Origin: Bdellovibrionales bacterium
Lineage (GTDB): Bacteria; Bdellovibrionota; Bdellovibrionia; Bdellovibrionales; UBA1609
DNA length: 64,000 nucleotides
Assembly: GCA_965261545.1 (NCBI GenBank)
Contig: CBDHDF010000011.1
Span: 704,001 to 768,000 of the forward strand
Direction of reading: 5' to 3'
The notes under the pieces are model-generated. The model worked only from the letters and a program-made list of their open reading frames with translations. It was not told the origin of the DNA and did not search any database. Shown here piece after piece: positions 42,558 through 51,797 of this stretch; the first letter of the stretch is position 1, and every line of letters starts with the position of its first letter. A program made the translations under genes and the position numbers.

Positions 42558-44609
42558 TCAACGATTCTCCTCATTTTTATCTTTATGGTAGGCTTTATAG
42601 TCAGAGTCATGGTTAGCAAGAAAGCGTGCAAGCATAAGTGCATCAACGCCAAGCTCTGCTGGGGTCTTCTGGTCGTTGTTATCACCAGTATTATCGTTAG
42701 TCTGTCTGCGTGAAGGTCTTAGAAGTTTCCAAATGAGACCGCTTAAACTATCTACATTTGATTCTCCTCCACCATTGGGTAAGCTACTTGTCAGGCTATG
42801 GAGAATTTCAGCACGCAGCAATTCTCGAAAATCATCAATTTCAAAGTCATTGGGCAAATTTCCCCATTCGCCCGGTTTCCATTGGGACCATCCACACAGC
42901 AGAGATAATATCTCTCGGATTCGGTAGATGAGTGCCAATGAGAGCCCCATATCCGATGTGCTCTCATTGAAATTCGTTGTCTTAAAACTATTGAGTTGGT
43001 TCATTAAATCTTCGAGTGGCTTCAGTGCACATAAAGAAGTACCATCAGTATCTTTTCGCATCCAAGTCGTCACCCATTGGGATTGCAATCCACCAGATTT
43101 CATGATTCCAACTGCCAACGAATCTCGTCCATTGGTATTTTTGGCTTCGTCATCGAGCAACCGGTGGGACTCAGCAAGTACTATGTCCAATGGCAATCGA
43201 ATATGAGCAAATGTTACCGCCGCAGAGAGGGTTGCATTGGTGCCACTGGCATTAGTTTTGGCATTGGCCATTTTATCCTCCTCAAAGGCAGACTTATAGC
43301 ACTGTGAAAGCTTAGCAGCACAAGAGAGAGCCCTTGGAACAGGCAGCATCGCAAGAACGTCGTCTCCACCTGCGTAGATTGTGACTCCGTCGTGCTTTTT
43401 CACGATCTCTGGGACTTCGGTGGTGAATTTAGAAAGTGCTTGCCCGACAACTTCCCCACCTAACTTCCCCACTAATTTGCCTAGGCTATCACCGTCTGCA
43501 AGTAACAACGCATAGAATGAGGAGGGTGGTCCCAACGAACGTCCTGAGGTGTCCTTGGTCTTATAAATTTTTTCTTTAAGCATTTTAGACAGCTTCTTGC
43601 GAGTGTCATTTCCGGTGTCGTTATCTAAAGGACATAATCGTTCGTTCTCTATAGATTCGTAATGGAAGTAATTCGTATCAATTTTGGAAAAATCATCCAT
43701 ATTGTTGATTTTCAAATCCTTGAAAGAAGACTGATATTTGGCAATAGTGCTAACATATTCTTGCATCTCTTTCCGTGCAAAAGATTGCACTCGATGAATC
43801 CATGGTTTAGCTCCAACATGTACAGTCGAGTGCCAGTGTGAAGCATCGATGTTTAGGTCCAATTTTTTGGTTATTTTTGGAAACATTCGCTTTACGAATG
43901 CAATTGCACAGAGCCTTTCATTGTCTCTCAGGTTTAATGGGCCAATGGGCCTCTGTTCCCGTAAAGATTTCCAAAACTCATCTTGTTTATTTGCACTTTC
44001 TTTGCCCTCAGCACGAATATATCCCGAAAGTTCTTGCAAATCGTGCATGACGGTGCATTTATCACCTGGCTCATCTGGAGGACATTGGGTTCGCCAATGC
44101 TTGCGACGTGTCATAGCCATTTGGTTTGCTCTGTCACTGTCCTCAGCAGTTTTAGTATTATTGGTCGCAGTCCACATGATTTCCCAATAACCTTTAACCT
44201 GACGATCCCAAATATCCTTGGTCCCATTATTATCCTTGGAGCAGACAGACTCAATAAAAGCCTCCCATACAGCGCAGTACACCTTTTCCCAAGCTTCGTT
44301 AAATGCTTTGATTCCTGCTTTGGCTACGCACCGAGCATCCCCATCCACTTCTAAAACAAAGTGATTAGGCAATGAACCCATTTCGGGTGCACCATTTTTC
44401 TGTTCATCAGAGATCCACAAATAGAGGGGATCATTATCGACAATGGGTCGGATAATCGTACCACCGGCTTTCTTTGCTCCATGCATTGCATGTGCTGACA
44501 GAAATGATAAAAGATAGGAGCTTCCCCATAGATCCCGAGTGCGGCGAGACTGGGCAATAAAACCCTGAACCGGGCCGATAAACATATCAAGATGCTTTGT
44601 CATGGGCAC
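42558..44609 (-). CDS. cas10: Type III-B Cas10/Cmr2, no HD domain, GGDD intact
   Basis: GPVQGFIAQSRRTRDLWGSSYLLS, ADGDSLG, IYAGGDDVLAM. Confidence 0.97.
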   Translation of the reverse strand: MPMTKHLDMFIGPVQGFIAQSRRTRDLWGSSYLLSFLSAHAMHGAKKAGGTIIRPIVDNDPLYLWISDEQKNGAPEMGSLPNHFVLEVDGDARCVAKAGIKAFNEAWEKVYCAVWEAFIESVCSKDNNGTKDIWDRQVKGYWEIMWTATNNTKTAEDSDRANQMAMTRRKHWRTQCPPDEPGDKCTVMHDLQELSGYIRAEGKESANKQDEFWKSLREQRPIGPLNLRDNERLCAIAFVKRMFPKITKKLDLNIDASHWHSTVHVGAKPWIHRVQSFARKEMQEYVSTIAKYQSSFKDLKINNMDDFSKIDTNYFHYESIENERLCPLDNDTGNDTRKKLSKMLKEKIYKTKDTSGRSLGPPSSFYALLLADGDSLGKLVGKLGGEVVGQALSKFTTEVPEIVKKHDGVTIYAGGDDVLAMLPVPRALSCAAKLSQCYKSAFEEDKMANAKTNASGTNATLSAAVTFAHIRLPLDIVLAESHRLLDDEAKNTNGRDSLAVGIMKSGGLQSQWVTTWMRKDTDGTSLCALKPLEDLMNQLNSFKTTNFNESTSDMGLSLALIYRIREILSLLCGWSQWKPGEWGNLPNDFEIDDFRELLRAEILHSLTSSLPNGGGESNVDSLSGLIWKLLRPSRRQTNDNTGDNNDQKTPAELGVDALMLARFLANHDSDYKAYHKDKNEENR

Positions 44610-45796
44610 ACCTTCAGTCGCTTAGTGAATGGTTCTTTACATTTAAATAGCTCCTTACATTTCTTGGTATCAAGAAGGCGATCAAGAAAATTGTGGATTG
44701 GTTTATACAGTTCTTCCTCTGGAAGCTGGGGGACCTTAGTTTTTCCCACTGAAATATATGAAATATCTGATTTCTTGTCCTTAGGCAAAAATAGTGCTGG
44801 AAGAAAGGATAGAACTGCAACAGGCATGTCATCACCACATTGGTGAATATGAATGAACAGTGGACTTGCTCGACGATTAAAATCCTTAGGCTTTATTGGC
44901 CCATGTGGGAGTCCAAACGCAATACGGAGGGGGTGATGTTTTTGGAGACTTTTCATCAAATCGTGATCACATTTGAAATTCTTTTCTGAATCAACTGTGT
45001 TTCCAAGAATTTTTCCGTTACGACCCCAACTTCTAAATCTAACAAGTTCACGACCAACGAGATCCAACAATTCAATGGGCTCTTTCTTTTCGCTAGATAG
45101 AAGTACGTGGCGAGATTTACTAGAAAAGGCGGTGAACTCAGGTAATTTTTCTATATCTTTATCTTTGTCAACATGCCGAAGTTTCTTGATTGTCTCACTC
45201 AACTCACTTATAGATTTTGGCAGATGCTGCTCTTCTCCGTCCACACTCAAAGTTTGGATGGCCAATGAACCGTAACCTTTTCTACTTTTTGCTCCCATTC
45301 CACCGATGGTTCCAAGCGCAATTAAGGCATTTTGAAGTAATTCCAATTGCTCTGTGTCTTTTTGCGTTTCGTCTTTTAAGCCATGACATCGCATGAGAAC
45401 AGTGAAGCTGCAAGGTGCCAGAATACAAGAACGCATAAAACGCATAAGTTGTCCACTATTGGTACCCTTCTCTTTGCTGGAAAAGGTCTTCATCACACCA
45501 TAACCAAGATAGCGTGCTCCTTCACCGACAACTGTTTCTCCGGCCTTGAGTACTGCGCCTTGGGAAATTTCTTGAAAATCTGTATCCATTTTCAAGCGCA
45601 TGGATACACACGACTGACCACCATTCGCACTTCCAAATAGAGCATCTTCCTCTTTCTACTTTGACCACGCTAAAGCACGCCACCAGAAGCGCAGCACTCC
45701 CTTGAAACTAGGTAGGCGGATTTCAGGACAATCCGAAGCACCTGCGCAGAATAGAGGGGTAACAATCCGGTAAGTGACCTTAATATTTACTATCAT
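44600..45796 (-). pseudogene. cmr1: Type III-B Cmr1 with an in-frame TAG at 45656-45658
   Basis: TPLFCAGA...RLPSFKGVLRFWWRALAWSK*KEEDALFGSA continues in frame into the 333-aa ORF (GGMGAKSRKGYGS, FGLPH, RRASPL). Confidence 0.9.
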
Positions 45797-47522
45797 TGTC
45801 ATCCTCCATGGGACCGAACCAAAAGGGTTCTCCTGATTGATACGGGTCTGCATCCTGTTGCTCTGGGGGCCTACGGTCGATCAAACCGAACCTGCGAACA
45901 GGACAAGCCAGTTTACTAGCTGTATCTGCAAGTGCTTCAGCAGTAAGCCCCATGAGAGTGGTGCCACCGGTGACATTCACAATCACTTCACTTGCACCGA
46001 TAAAGCACGAACGCACTTCATTCTGTAAGTGTTCGATCTCTTCATAACCACCGTAAGCATCTTTAAGAAGCAATGGCTTGGTCTCACCACCATAATCAGC
46101 GCATTCCAATGCCTTATCAATAGACCTTTCGGTTTCAGGTGAGCAAATAATGAAACACATGGCCGGCTCAGCAATATTTTTTTGCGTCCGACATGCTTGC
46201 AAGGCACTAAAGAGTACCCCAGGACGTTTTCCAATAGGGATGACGAGAATAGATTTATCCAGAGACTCACCGAGAGAGAGTGAAAATTCTGGGCACAAAC
46301 AAAGCGTTTTCTCCCAAAATTTCCTTACTGAACAAAGCTCTTGGTCGATATTCATATTGTTTACTAAAATCTGGTCACGCATACCATGGTGATGATAGGA
46401 ATTACGCAGTTGACAAAGGCTTCTCCAAAACTTACCAAGGGAACATTGCTTATCAGTCAAGATATTTCTCAGTTTCACATCTTTTTCAATGGTACCAATC
46501 GTCCCGAGAAGACAAGAGGCTCTACGGCGAGCCGTCTTATAGTCCAGCCATTGATTTGTGTTATAATGTCGTAATACCACCCAAGATACTGTCCATTCGT
46601 TCATGAGGCCAAGGGCAACTGTAAAATTCCTCTGTTTCAATAGACTGTCAATAACTTTTGCCTGACGCTTCAGTTCTTCTTCAGACAGAGTTACTTGTCC
46701 CTTCCAACCCTCACCAAGAGGCAGGTCATTCATGGCAAAGTGTTTGAAGGTTTCTTCGAGTTGATTGACCAATTCATCGACAAGAGGTAGTTGGTATTTC
46801 TTTAGTTCTTTCTTCAGGGGTTTATATTTTTTTTGCAACTGATGTGTTTGATAACCCAATTCAAGAGGCAAACCCGAAAGATATGCTTGAGAAAAATGTG
46901 ATAAATCACGTTTGATCTCCTCACCAAATGATCCTGGTGAATTATTACTAATTGCCTTTGCCATTGGAAGCGTACTGCCTGTATTGTGAACTACCTCCAA
47001 GGCATTAAGCCATCGAGGTAGTTCCAAAAGTGGGCGCAAATCGAGAAATGGGCTCTTTCCATCTTGCAACAGTCCGTAGTATGCACCCTTTATCTGAACT
47101 CTACGAAGTGCAGCCAAGTAGAGAACAACCATGTATGTAAGAAAGGAAAAATGTCGATAGCCATGAGTAATATCTAAAGTGAGGTCAGGCTTATCTTTCA
47201 CGGCTTTGGATACCAAAGTGATATAAGAGTTGATACCTTCTTGGGTATGTTCATTTGATACACAAACTGGATCTAACAGATGGTAATTGTTATCCAATTC
47301 TTCTTTAAGTATAGGCCAGCTTTTATTCTTGGCTTCGGGGGTGCAGATAGCCATAATTTGACTTGGTCTTTCTTCTTGTTGCAACAACTTGAGTAAGGCG
47401 ATAGGAGCAAGCTTTGCCTCAGTGGTTTGACCACCAAGGGAGTAACAAGCCTTACTTGAATTTGTTCCAAGTACAGTTAGCAAAAGGTGATCTTTAACAG
47501 CATCATTATTATCTGAACTCAA
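45780..47522 (-). CDS. csx1: Csx1/TM1812-like CARF-HEPN ribonuclease with an extra C-terminal CARF-like domain
   Basis: LLTVLGT, LDITHGYRH (CARF); RNSYHH (HEPN); C-terminal IPIGKRPG...VNVTGGTTLM. Confidence 0.85.
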   Translation of the reverse strand: MSSDNNDAVKDHLLLTVLGTNSSKACYSLGGQTTEAKLAPIALLKLLQQEERPSQIMAICTPEAKNKSWPILKEELDNNYHLLDPVCVSNEHTQEGINSYITLVSKAVKDKPDLTLDITHGYRHFSFLTYMVVLYLAALRRVQIKGAYYGLLQDGKSPFLDLRPLLELPRWLNALEVVHNTGSTLPMAKAISNNSPGSFGEEIKRDLSHFSQAYLSGLPLELGYQTHQLQKKYKPLKKELKKYQLPLVDELVNQLEETFKHFAMNDLPLGEGWKGQVTLSEEELKRQAKVIDSLLKQRNFTVALGLMNEWTVSWVVLRHYNTNQWLDYKTARRRASCLLGTIGTIEKDVKLRNILTDKQCSLGKFWRSLCQLRNSYHHHGMRDQILVNNMNIDQELCSVRKFWEKTLCLCPEFSLSLGESLDKSILVIPIGKRPGVLFSALQACRTQKNIAEPAMCFIICSPETERSIDKALECADYGGETKPLLLKDAYGGYEEIEHLQNEVRSCFIGASEVIVNVTGGTTLMGLTAEALADTASKLACPVRRFGLIDRRPPEQQDADPYQSGEPFWFGPMEDDNDSKY

Positions 47523-47787
47523 TATATCCTCTTTACTGATTTCCAGTGAACTTTGTTAACCCCTTTGGATTACATTCACTTAATAATTTTCCAGTATGTG
47601 TTAATTTGCGCTTTATCTTCACAATATCTAAGAAATAAATTTCTGTCCGAGAAGTCTTCTTAAGACTCATTGTTATTACTCGGGGGATGAGAAGTAAAGT
47701 GATGTTTTCTTTGTGTTTGTAGAGTTCCTAGAAGATTCATAACCATGATGTCGATGCCTATACACATCACATAACAAAAACTCATCG

Positions 47788-48181
47788 GATAGAATAGAAA
47801 AACACTAAAATTTTTTTTGATACAAAAACCATAAATATTAAGGTGGTATCTCTTAATTTTTGTCAAATGCATCTAGCCTGTCGAAAGCAGAACCAAAACC
47901 TAGAATGAATTAAAATTATGTTTGAATTTTCAACCAATGACCAAGTAAGGAGGTGTGTCAAAATAAGTTGAACGGATTGAAGGCTCTTAACCATAAGAAA
48001 TACCACTGAATTGTCCGACTTACTTTGGGACAGCTCCTAAGGAATTAAATTTCTTTGGTGCAGCTTCAGTGCTTCAATGAAGCCGGGGGCAACTGTGCCC
48101 CGGGAATTATTTCTCAAACTATTTAAGACAAGGGAGGTCTTAATAGCTTCAATGAGGCCGGGGCAACTACACCCCGGAAAT
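47788..48181. repeat. 394-bp block duplicated at 50323-50716 (array trailer, degenerate repeat, last spacer, one repeat)
   Basis: Identical by eye from gatagaatagaaaaac to ccccggaaat. Confidence 0.95.
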
Positions 48182-48301
48182 GATATATCCGCCTTAAATA
48201 TGGAGATACAAATTTTAATGCTTCAATGAGGCCGGGGCAACTACACCCCGGAAATCAGATGGACTATGAATTAGTTCAATGGCGACCTGCCAACGCGCTT
48301 C
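48071..48301 (-). CRISPR. Orphaned array segment: 1 degenerate repeat, 2 full repeats, a 5-nt repeat stub and 3 spacers
   Basis: Repeats at 48071 (degenerate), 48146 and 48220; stub gcttc at 48297-48301. Confidence 0.92.
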
Positions 48302-48891
48302 CACCTATGGAAGTGCCGCCGATGTGTTGGTGAGTTCCCGGACGTAGGTCCCCATTTAGATCGTCTGTTTTCAAAATTCGTCCTTGAACCCGACTATCCG
48401 CAATCTTGTTTCTATATCTGTTTTCTCACTGATACAGAAACAACCCACATGTAGGCTTCCTCGCTGCTGATCTTTATCCGGAAATCAAGTCTCTCAACTT
48501 ACCGAAACTTACCAAAACTATCAGCCCGTGGAACGAATTTCACACGATCCTATATTTAACTTACTCGGCTCTCTATTTCTCACGCTTGAGATGTTTTTTA
48601 CATTCAAGCTGGTTTTCTTTAATTATCAGGTACATAAAACAGCTGTGTCTTGCTCACCTATTCAAGGTCTTCACCCTTACGGGATCGCCTTATCCTGTTC
48701 CCCCTGCCGCCCATGTCAACATGCAGTAAATATCAGAGTCATAATTGCTCTATGGAGGTTCGTTGTCCATGGGGCGAGGCTCGTCACCGTTTTTATCAAG
48801 AAAATTTCAAGATTTACGAAGCTATTCAATCTTTTATCAAACTACATTATTTCATATTTCATAACTCCTCCCCCTCAGAAATGCCTAGCCA

Positions 48892-49162
48892 CAGTCATTT
48901 GTAATGTAAAAGGCATAATTAAACTCCTGGGTATTCCTATTCCACCCAATGACTGCGTTACATGCAGCATACTAAGACCACTGAGGTGAGTCAGTTATCC
49001 ACAGACTCATCCATGGTGACGCTGCGGCTATGGCCCTAGGGGAGCCAATAAGGCAGCGCTGCTGTGGATGAGTCTGTGGATAACTGCGACGGAGTCTCCA
49101 CACAAGTGTGTTGGCAACTCTGTCCTCCGTGGTTTCATGTACAAAGCTCGGATCCTGAAATG
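48892..49162 (-). ncRNA. Putative seek/bridge RNA region
   Basis: Stem cagtcatt/aatgactg encloses GGUGGA and AUGCCU, matching the two halves of the predicted circle junction ggtggaggcat. Confidence 0.55.
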
Positions 49163-50221
49163 CTAGGCTCCCATCTTCTCCAAATTGGCTTGGAAAGCAT
49201 ATTCCTTATAGCCACGGTTGTCCCGCAGCATCGCATAGCAGATACAGCTCATCTTGCGAGCCAGGGCCACAACAGCCTTATTGGTTCCCCTCCTCGACTC
49301 AACCTCTAAGGCCCATTTCCGAACAGGATCATCACATTTAGTGCTCTTTTTGAGCCAAGCCCGCGCCCCATGGATGAGATAGCGACGTAATATCTCATTG
49401 CCACTTTTGGTGATGGAGCCCATCATACGAGTGTTTGCTGAAGAGCTAACACTGGGAACTAAACCCAGGTAGCTGGCAAACTTACTGGCATCATCAAAAC
49501 GACTGATATCATCCACCACTGCCACCATAGCCGCAGCCGTGAGAAGACCAACTCCAGGCAAAGTTCTCAATTGTTTTACAGACTCTTTCTCCTGAACTAA
49601 AAACTCAATCCGGTGGGTGATAGACTTTTCTTGCTGTTGGAGGGCTTCGGCCTGACCGTACAATTCCTGAAGAGTGCTGCGAATAAAAGGATTGGGCACT
49701 TTGGAAATAGTCGCTGGTGCTTTCACCCAAAACTGATTTGCTCCCACGGGAATCGTAAGACCCTGTTCCCTCAAAAGACCTCTGATGTGGTTTGTTAAAC
49801 TCACCCGTGTGCCTACAGTAAGTTCACGGGAAACGAGCAGACTCTTTATGTCTCTGGAACCAGGACTACGGAGATGAACCTCACAATCACTATCAGGGTT
49901 CAGGCGCAGAAAAGTATTTAAAGCCTTGGCATCCCGCTCGTCGGTTTTCTTGCCGCTGATACCTATGCCCCTAAACTTGTTTGGGTTGATGATGTGAACA
50001 GTGTGACCCAAATCCTGTAATTTCTGGACATAGGGGTTAACCCCTCCTGTGGCCTCAATGGCTATCTCACAGGGTTCTCTATTTGAGAAATAGCGAGGAA
50101 GATTCTTCGTCTGAATACAACTGACTCTAGGGACTCCTTGAACCATTTCTCCCTTTTGATCTGTAGCATAAAGAACTGAGTTATTCTTGTGAAAATCGAC
50201 TCCTATGTATAACTTGGGCAT
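49163..50221 (-). CDS. IS110/IS1111 DEDD recombinase
   Basis: MPKLYIGVDFHK, IEATG, KTDERDA, LPGVG, YLGLVPSVSSSA, GSITKSG, ALARK. Confidence 0.95.
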   Translation of the reverse strand: MPKLYIGVDFHKNNSVLYATDQKGEMVQGVPRVSCIQTKNLPRYFSNREPCEIAIEATGGVNPYVQKLQDLGHTVHIINPNKFRGIGISGKKTDERDAKALNTFLRLNPDSDCEVHLRSPGSRDIKSLLVSRELTVGTRVSLTNHIRGLLREQGLTIPVGANQFWVKAPATISKVPNPFIRSTLQELYGQAEALQQQEKSITHRIEFLVQEKESVKQLRTLPGVGLLTAAAMVAVVDDISRFDDASKFASYLGLVPSVSSSANTRMMGSITKSGNEILRRYLIHGARAWLKKSTKCDDPVRKWALEVESRRGTNKAVVALARKMSCICYAMLRDNRGYKEYAFQANLEKMGA

Positions 50222-50605
50222 TGCCGCTCCTTTCGTTTGTGAGCCTTTTGAGCTCGGTTTTTGTGTGGATAAGTATAACAACTTAGACCACGATGAAAAG
50301 GGGCGGCACTTCCATGCCTCCAGATAGAATAGAAAAACACTAAAATTTTTTTTGATACAAAAACCATAAATATTAAGGTGGTATCTCTTAATTTTTGTCA
50401 AATGCATCTAGCCTGTCGAAAGCAGAACCAAAACCTAGAATGAATTAAAATTATGTTTGAATTTTCAACCAATGACCAAGTAAGGAGGTGTGTCAAAATA
50501 AGTTGAACGGATTGAAGGCTCTTAACCATAAGAAATACCACTGAATTGTCCGACTTACTTTGGGACAGCTCCTAAGGAATTAAATTTCTTTGGTGCAGCT
50601 TCAGT

Positions 50606-51235
50606 GCTTCAATGAAGCCGGGGGCAACTGTGCCCCGGGAATTATTTCTCAAACTATTTAAGACAAGGGAGGTCTTAATAGCTTCAATGAGGCCGGGGCA
50701 ACTACACCCCGGAAATACCGTGCACAGCCCAATCGCGTCTTTCTGTGCTTCAGGGCTTCAATGAGGCCGGGGCAACTACACCCCGGAAATTTGTGATGGA
50801 GAACCACGCAGCGAGATTCTTTGATTGCTTCAATGAGGCCGGGGCAACTACACCCCGGAAATAGTGGAAGAAAGTGAGCGACATGTGCTTCAGCCAAGCG
50901 CTTCAATGAGGCCGGGGCAACTACACCCCGGAAATGCAGACTTTGGCTACACGAATACCACATATGCCAAATTCATGCTTCAATGAGGCCGGGGCAACTA
51001 CACCCCGGAAATAATGTAAAAGTTACGAATTAGAAGAAATAGTAGAAAAATAGCTTCAATGAGGCCGGGGCAACTACACCCCGGAAATTATTACGGCACG
51101 GAACAAGTTATTGAGTACATTGAGAGGCTTCAATGAGGCCGGGGCAACTACACCCCGGAAATTGGTATTGGTAAGGTTCTAATGTCTCTCGAAACAGGCG
51201 CTTCAATGAGGCCGGGGCAACTACACCCCGGAAAT
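50606..51235 (-). CRISPR. Type I-G CRISPR array: 9 repeats (one degenerate trailer repeat), 8 spacers of 36-41 bp
   Basis: 36-bp repeat ATTTCCGGGGTGTAGTTGCCCCGGCCTCATTGAAGC (minus strand) at 50606 (degenerate), 50681, 50755, 50827, 50900, 50977, 51053, 51127 and 51200. Confidence 0.98.
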
Positions 51236-51439
51236 AGTCCCTATATATGTTTTTAGATTTATTGGGTTTTATGGTCATTCTGCGAGGACTGTAGTTTTTG
51301 GCACTTAATGATCTCAAATTACCTCCCAAACAATCTTTATGATATACCCTATCACCTTGAAATACAAGAGAAAATTGAAATGCGAGCGCTAGTAGTAATT
51401 TTCACAGAACTCAAGCTCTCGCAAGCCATCACGGCAGCT
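51236..51439 (-). promoter_or_regulatory. CRISPR leader
   Basis: AT-rich non-coding DNA between cas2 and the first repeat, opposite the degenerate repeat. Confidence 0.75.
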
Positions 51440-51478
51440 TTAGTCCATCCACCTTTGCCTCGATGGTGGGTGGACTAA
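51440..51478 (-). terminator. Hairpin at the cas2 stop
   Basis: ttagtccatccacc / ggtgggtggactaa stem. No clear U-tract. Confidence 0.45.
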
Positions 51479-51768
51479 ACAATAATGGCCTTCTTTGTAG
51501 GGACTTCATATTTTTTGCCCAAGCTTTCTACACGAGTACGAACTCCATCTGCCGGCCCCAAATCAATGATTAAGATATGGTCTTCCTCTAGCTTTATTAC
51601 ATCTTTCAAGCGTATATTCATCTCAATACAACGTTGAACTGTCAAACGGCATTGAAAAACTGACATCTGTAACCATTGTCCATGGCCTTTCATTAGCTTG
51701 AATACACTCTTCCAACGCTTTGGTTCAGATATATCATATGCAACAATATAAAGATGTTCTTTGGCCAT
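51475..51768 (-). CDS. cas2: Cas2
   Basis: MAKEHLYIVAYDISEPKRW, LQMSVFQC, DHILIIDLG. Confidence 0.96.
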   Translation of the reverse strand: MAKEHLYIVAYDISEPKRWKSVFKLMKGHGQWLQMSVFQCRLTVQRCIEMNIRLKDVIKLEEDHILIIDLGPADGVRTRVESLGKKYEVPTKKAIIV

Positions 51769-51782
51769 ATCATTTACCCCAT

Positions 51783-51797
51783 TTACCGAGGTAGATA
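51783..51797 (-). pseudogene. Probable last codons (YLPR*) of a lost cas4-cas1 gene
   Basis: TAT CTA CCT CGG TAA immediately upstream of cas2 and abutting the IS. Resembles I-G Cas4/1 C-termini from memory; only 15 nt. Confidence 0.45.

Larger units (their letters stand above)
35969..42561 (-). pseudogene. cmr3: Type III-B Cmr3 split by ISNCY(+IS21): 42561-42168 and 36771-35969
   Basis: LDPLDTLFFR...PF and LFPP N-terminus. Removing the element rejoins VECDLG-NNAQLPE in frame. FGGESR and GFGL in the C-terminal part. Confidence 0.93.
48302..50322 (-). mobile_element. IS1111-group (IS110 family) element
   Basis: 14-bp sub-terminal IRs atggaagtgccgcc (48307-48320) and ggcggcacttccat (50302-50315). 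Short left end and about 860 bp of 3' non-coding sequence. Confidence 0.9.

Noticed and set aside
50222..50407. N-terminal extension MHLTKIKRY of the IS1111 ORF, also seen as ORF 47660-47872
   Set aside because: Comes from the duplicated flank; the real start is MPKLYIGVD after an SD.
48182..51199. Self-targeting of spacers against ISs in the window
   Set aside because: No match seen by eye; an alignment is needed to exclude it.
50658..51329. ORFs containing FRGVVAPASLK and FPGCSCPGLIEA
   Set aside because: Translations of CRISPR repeats.
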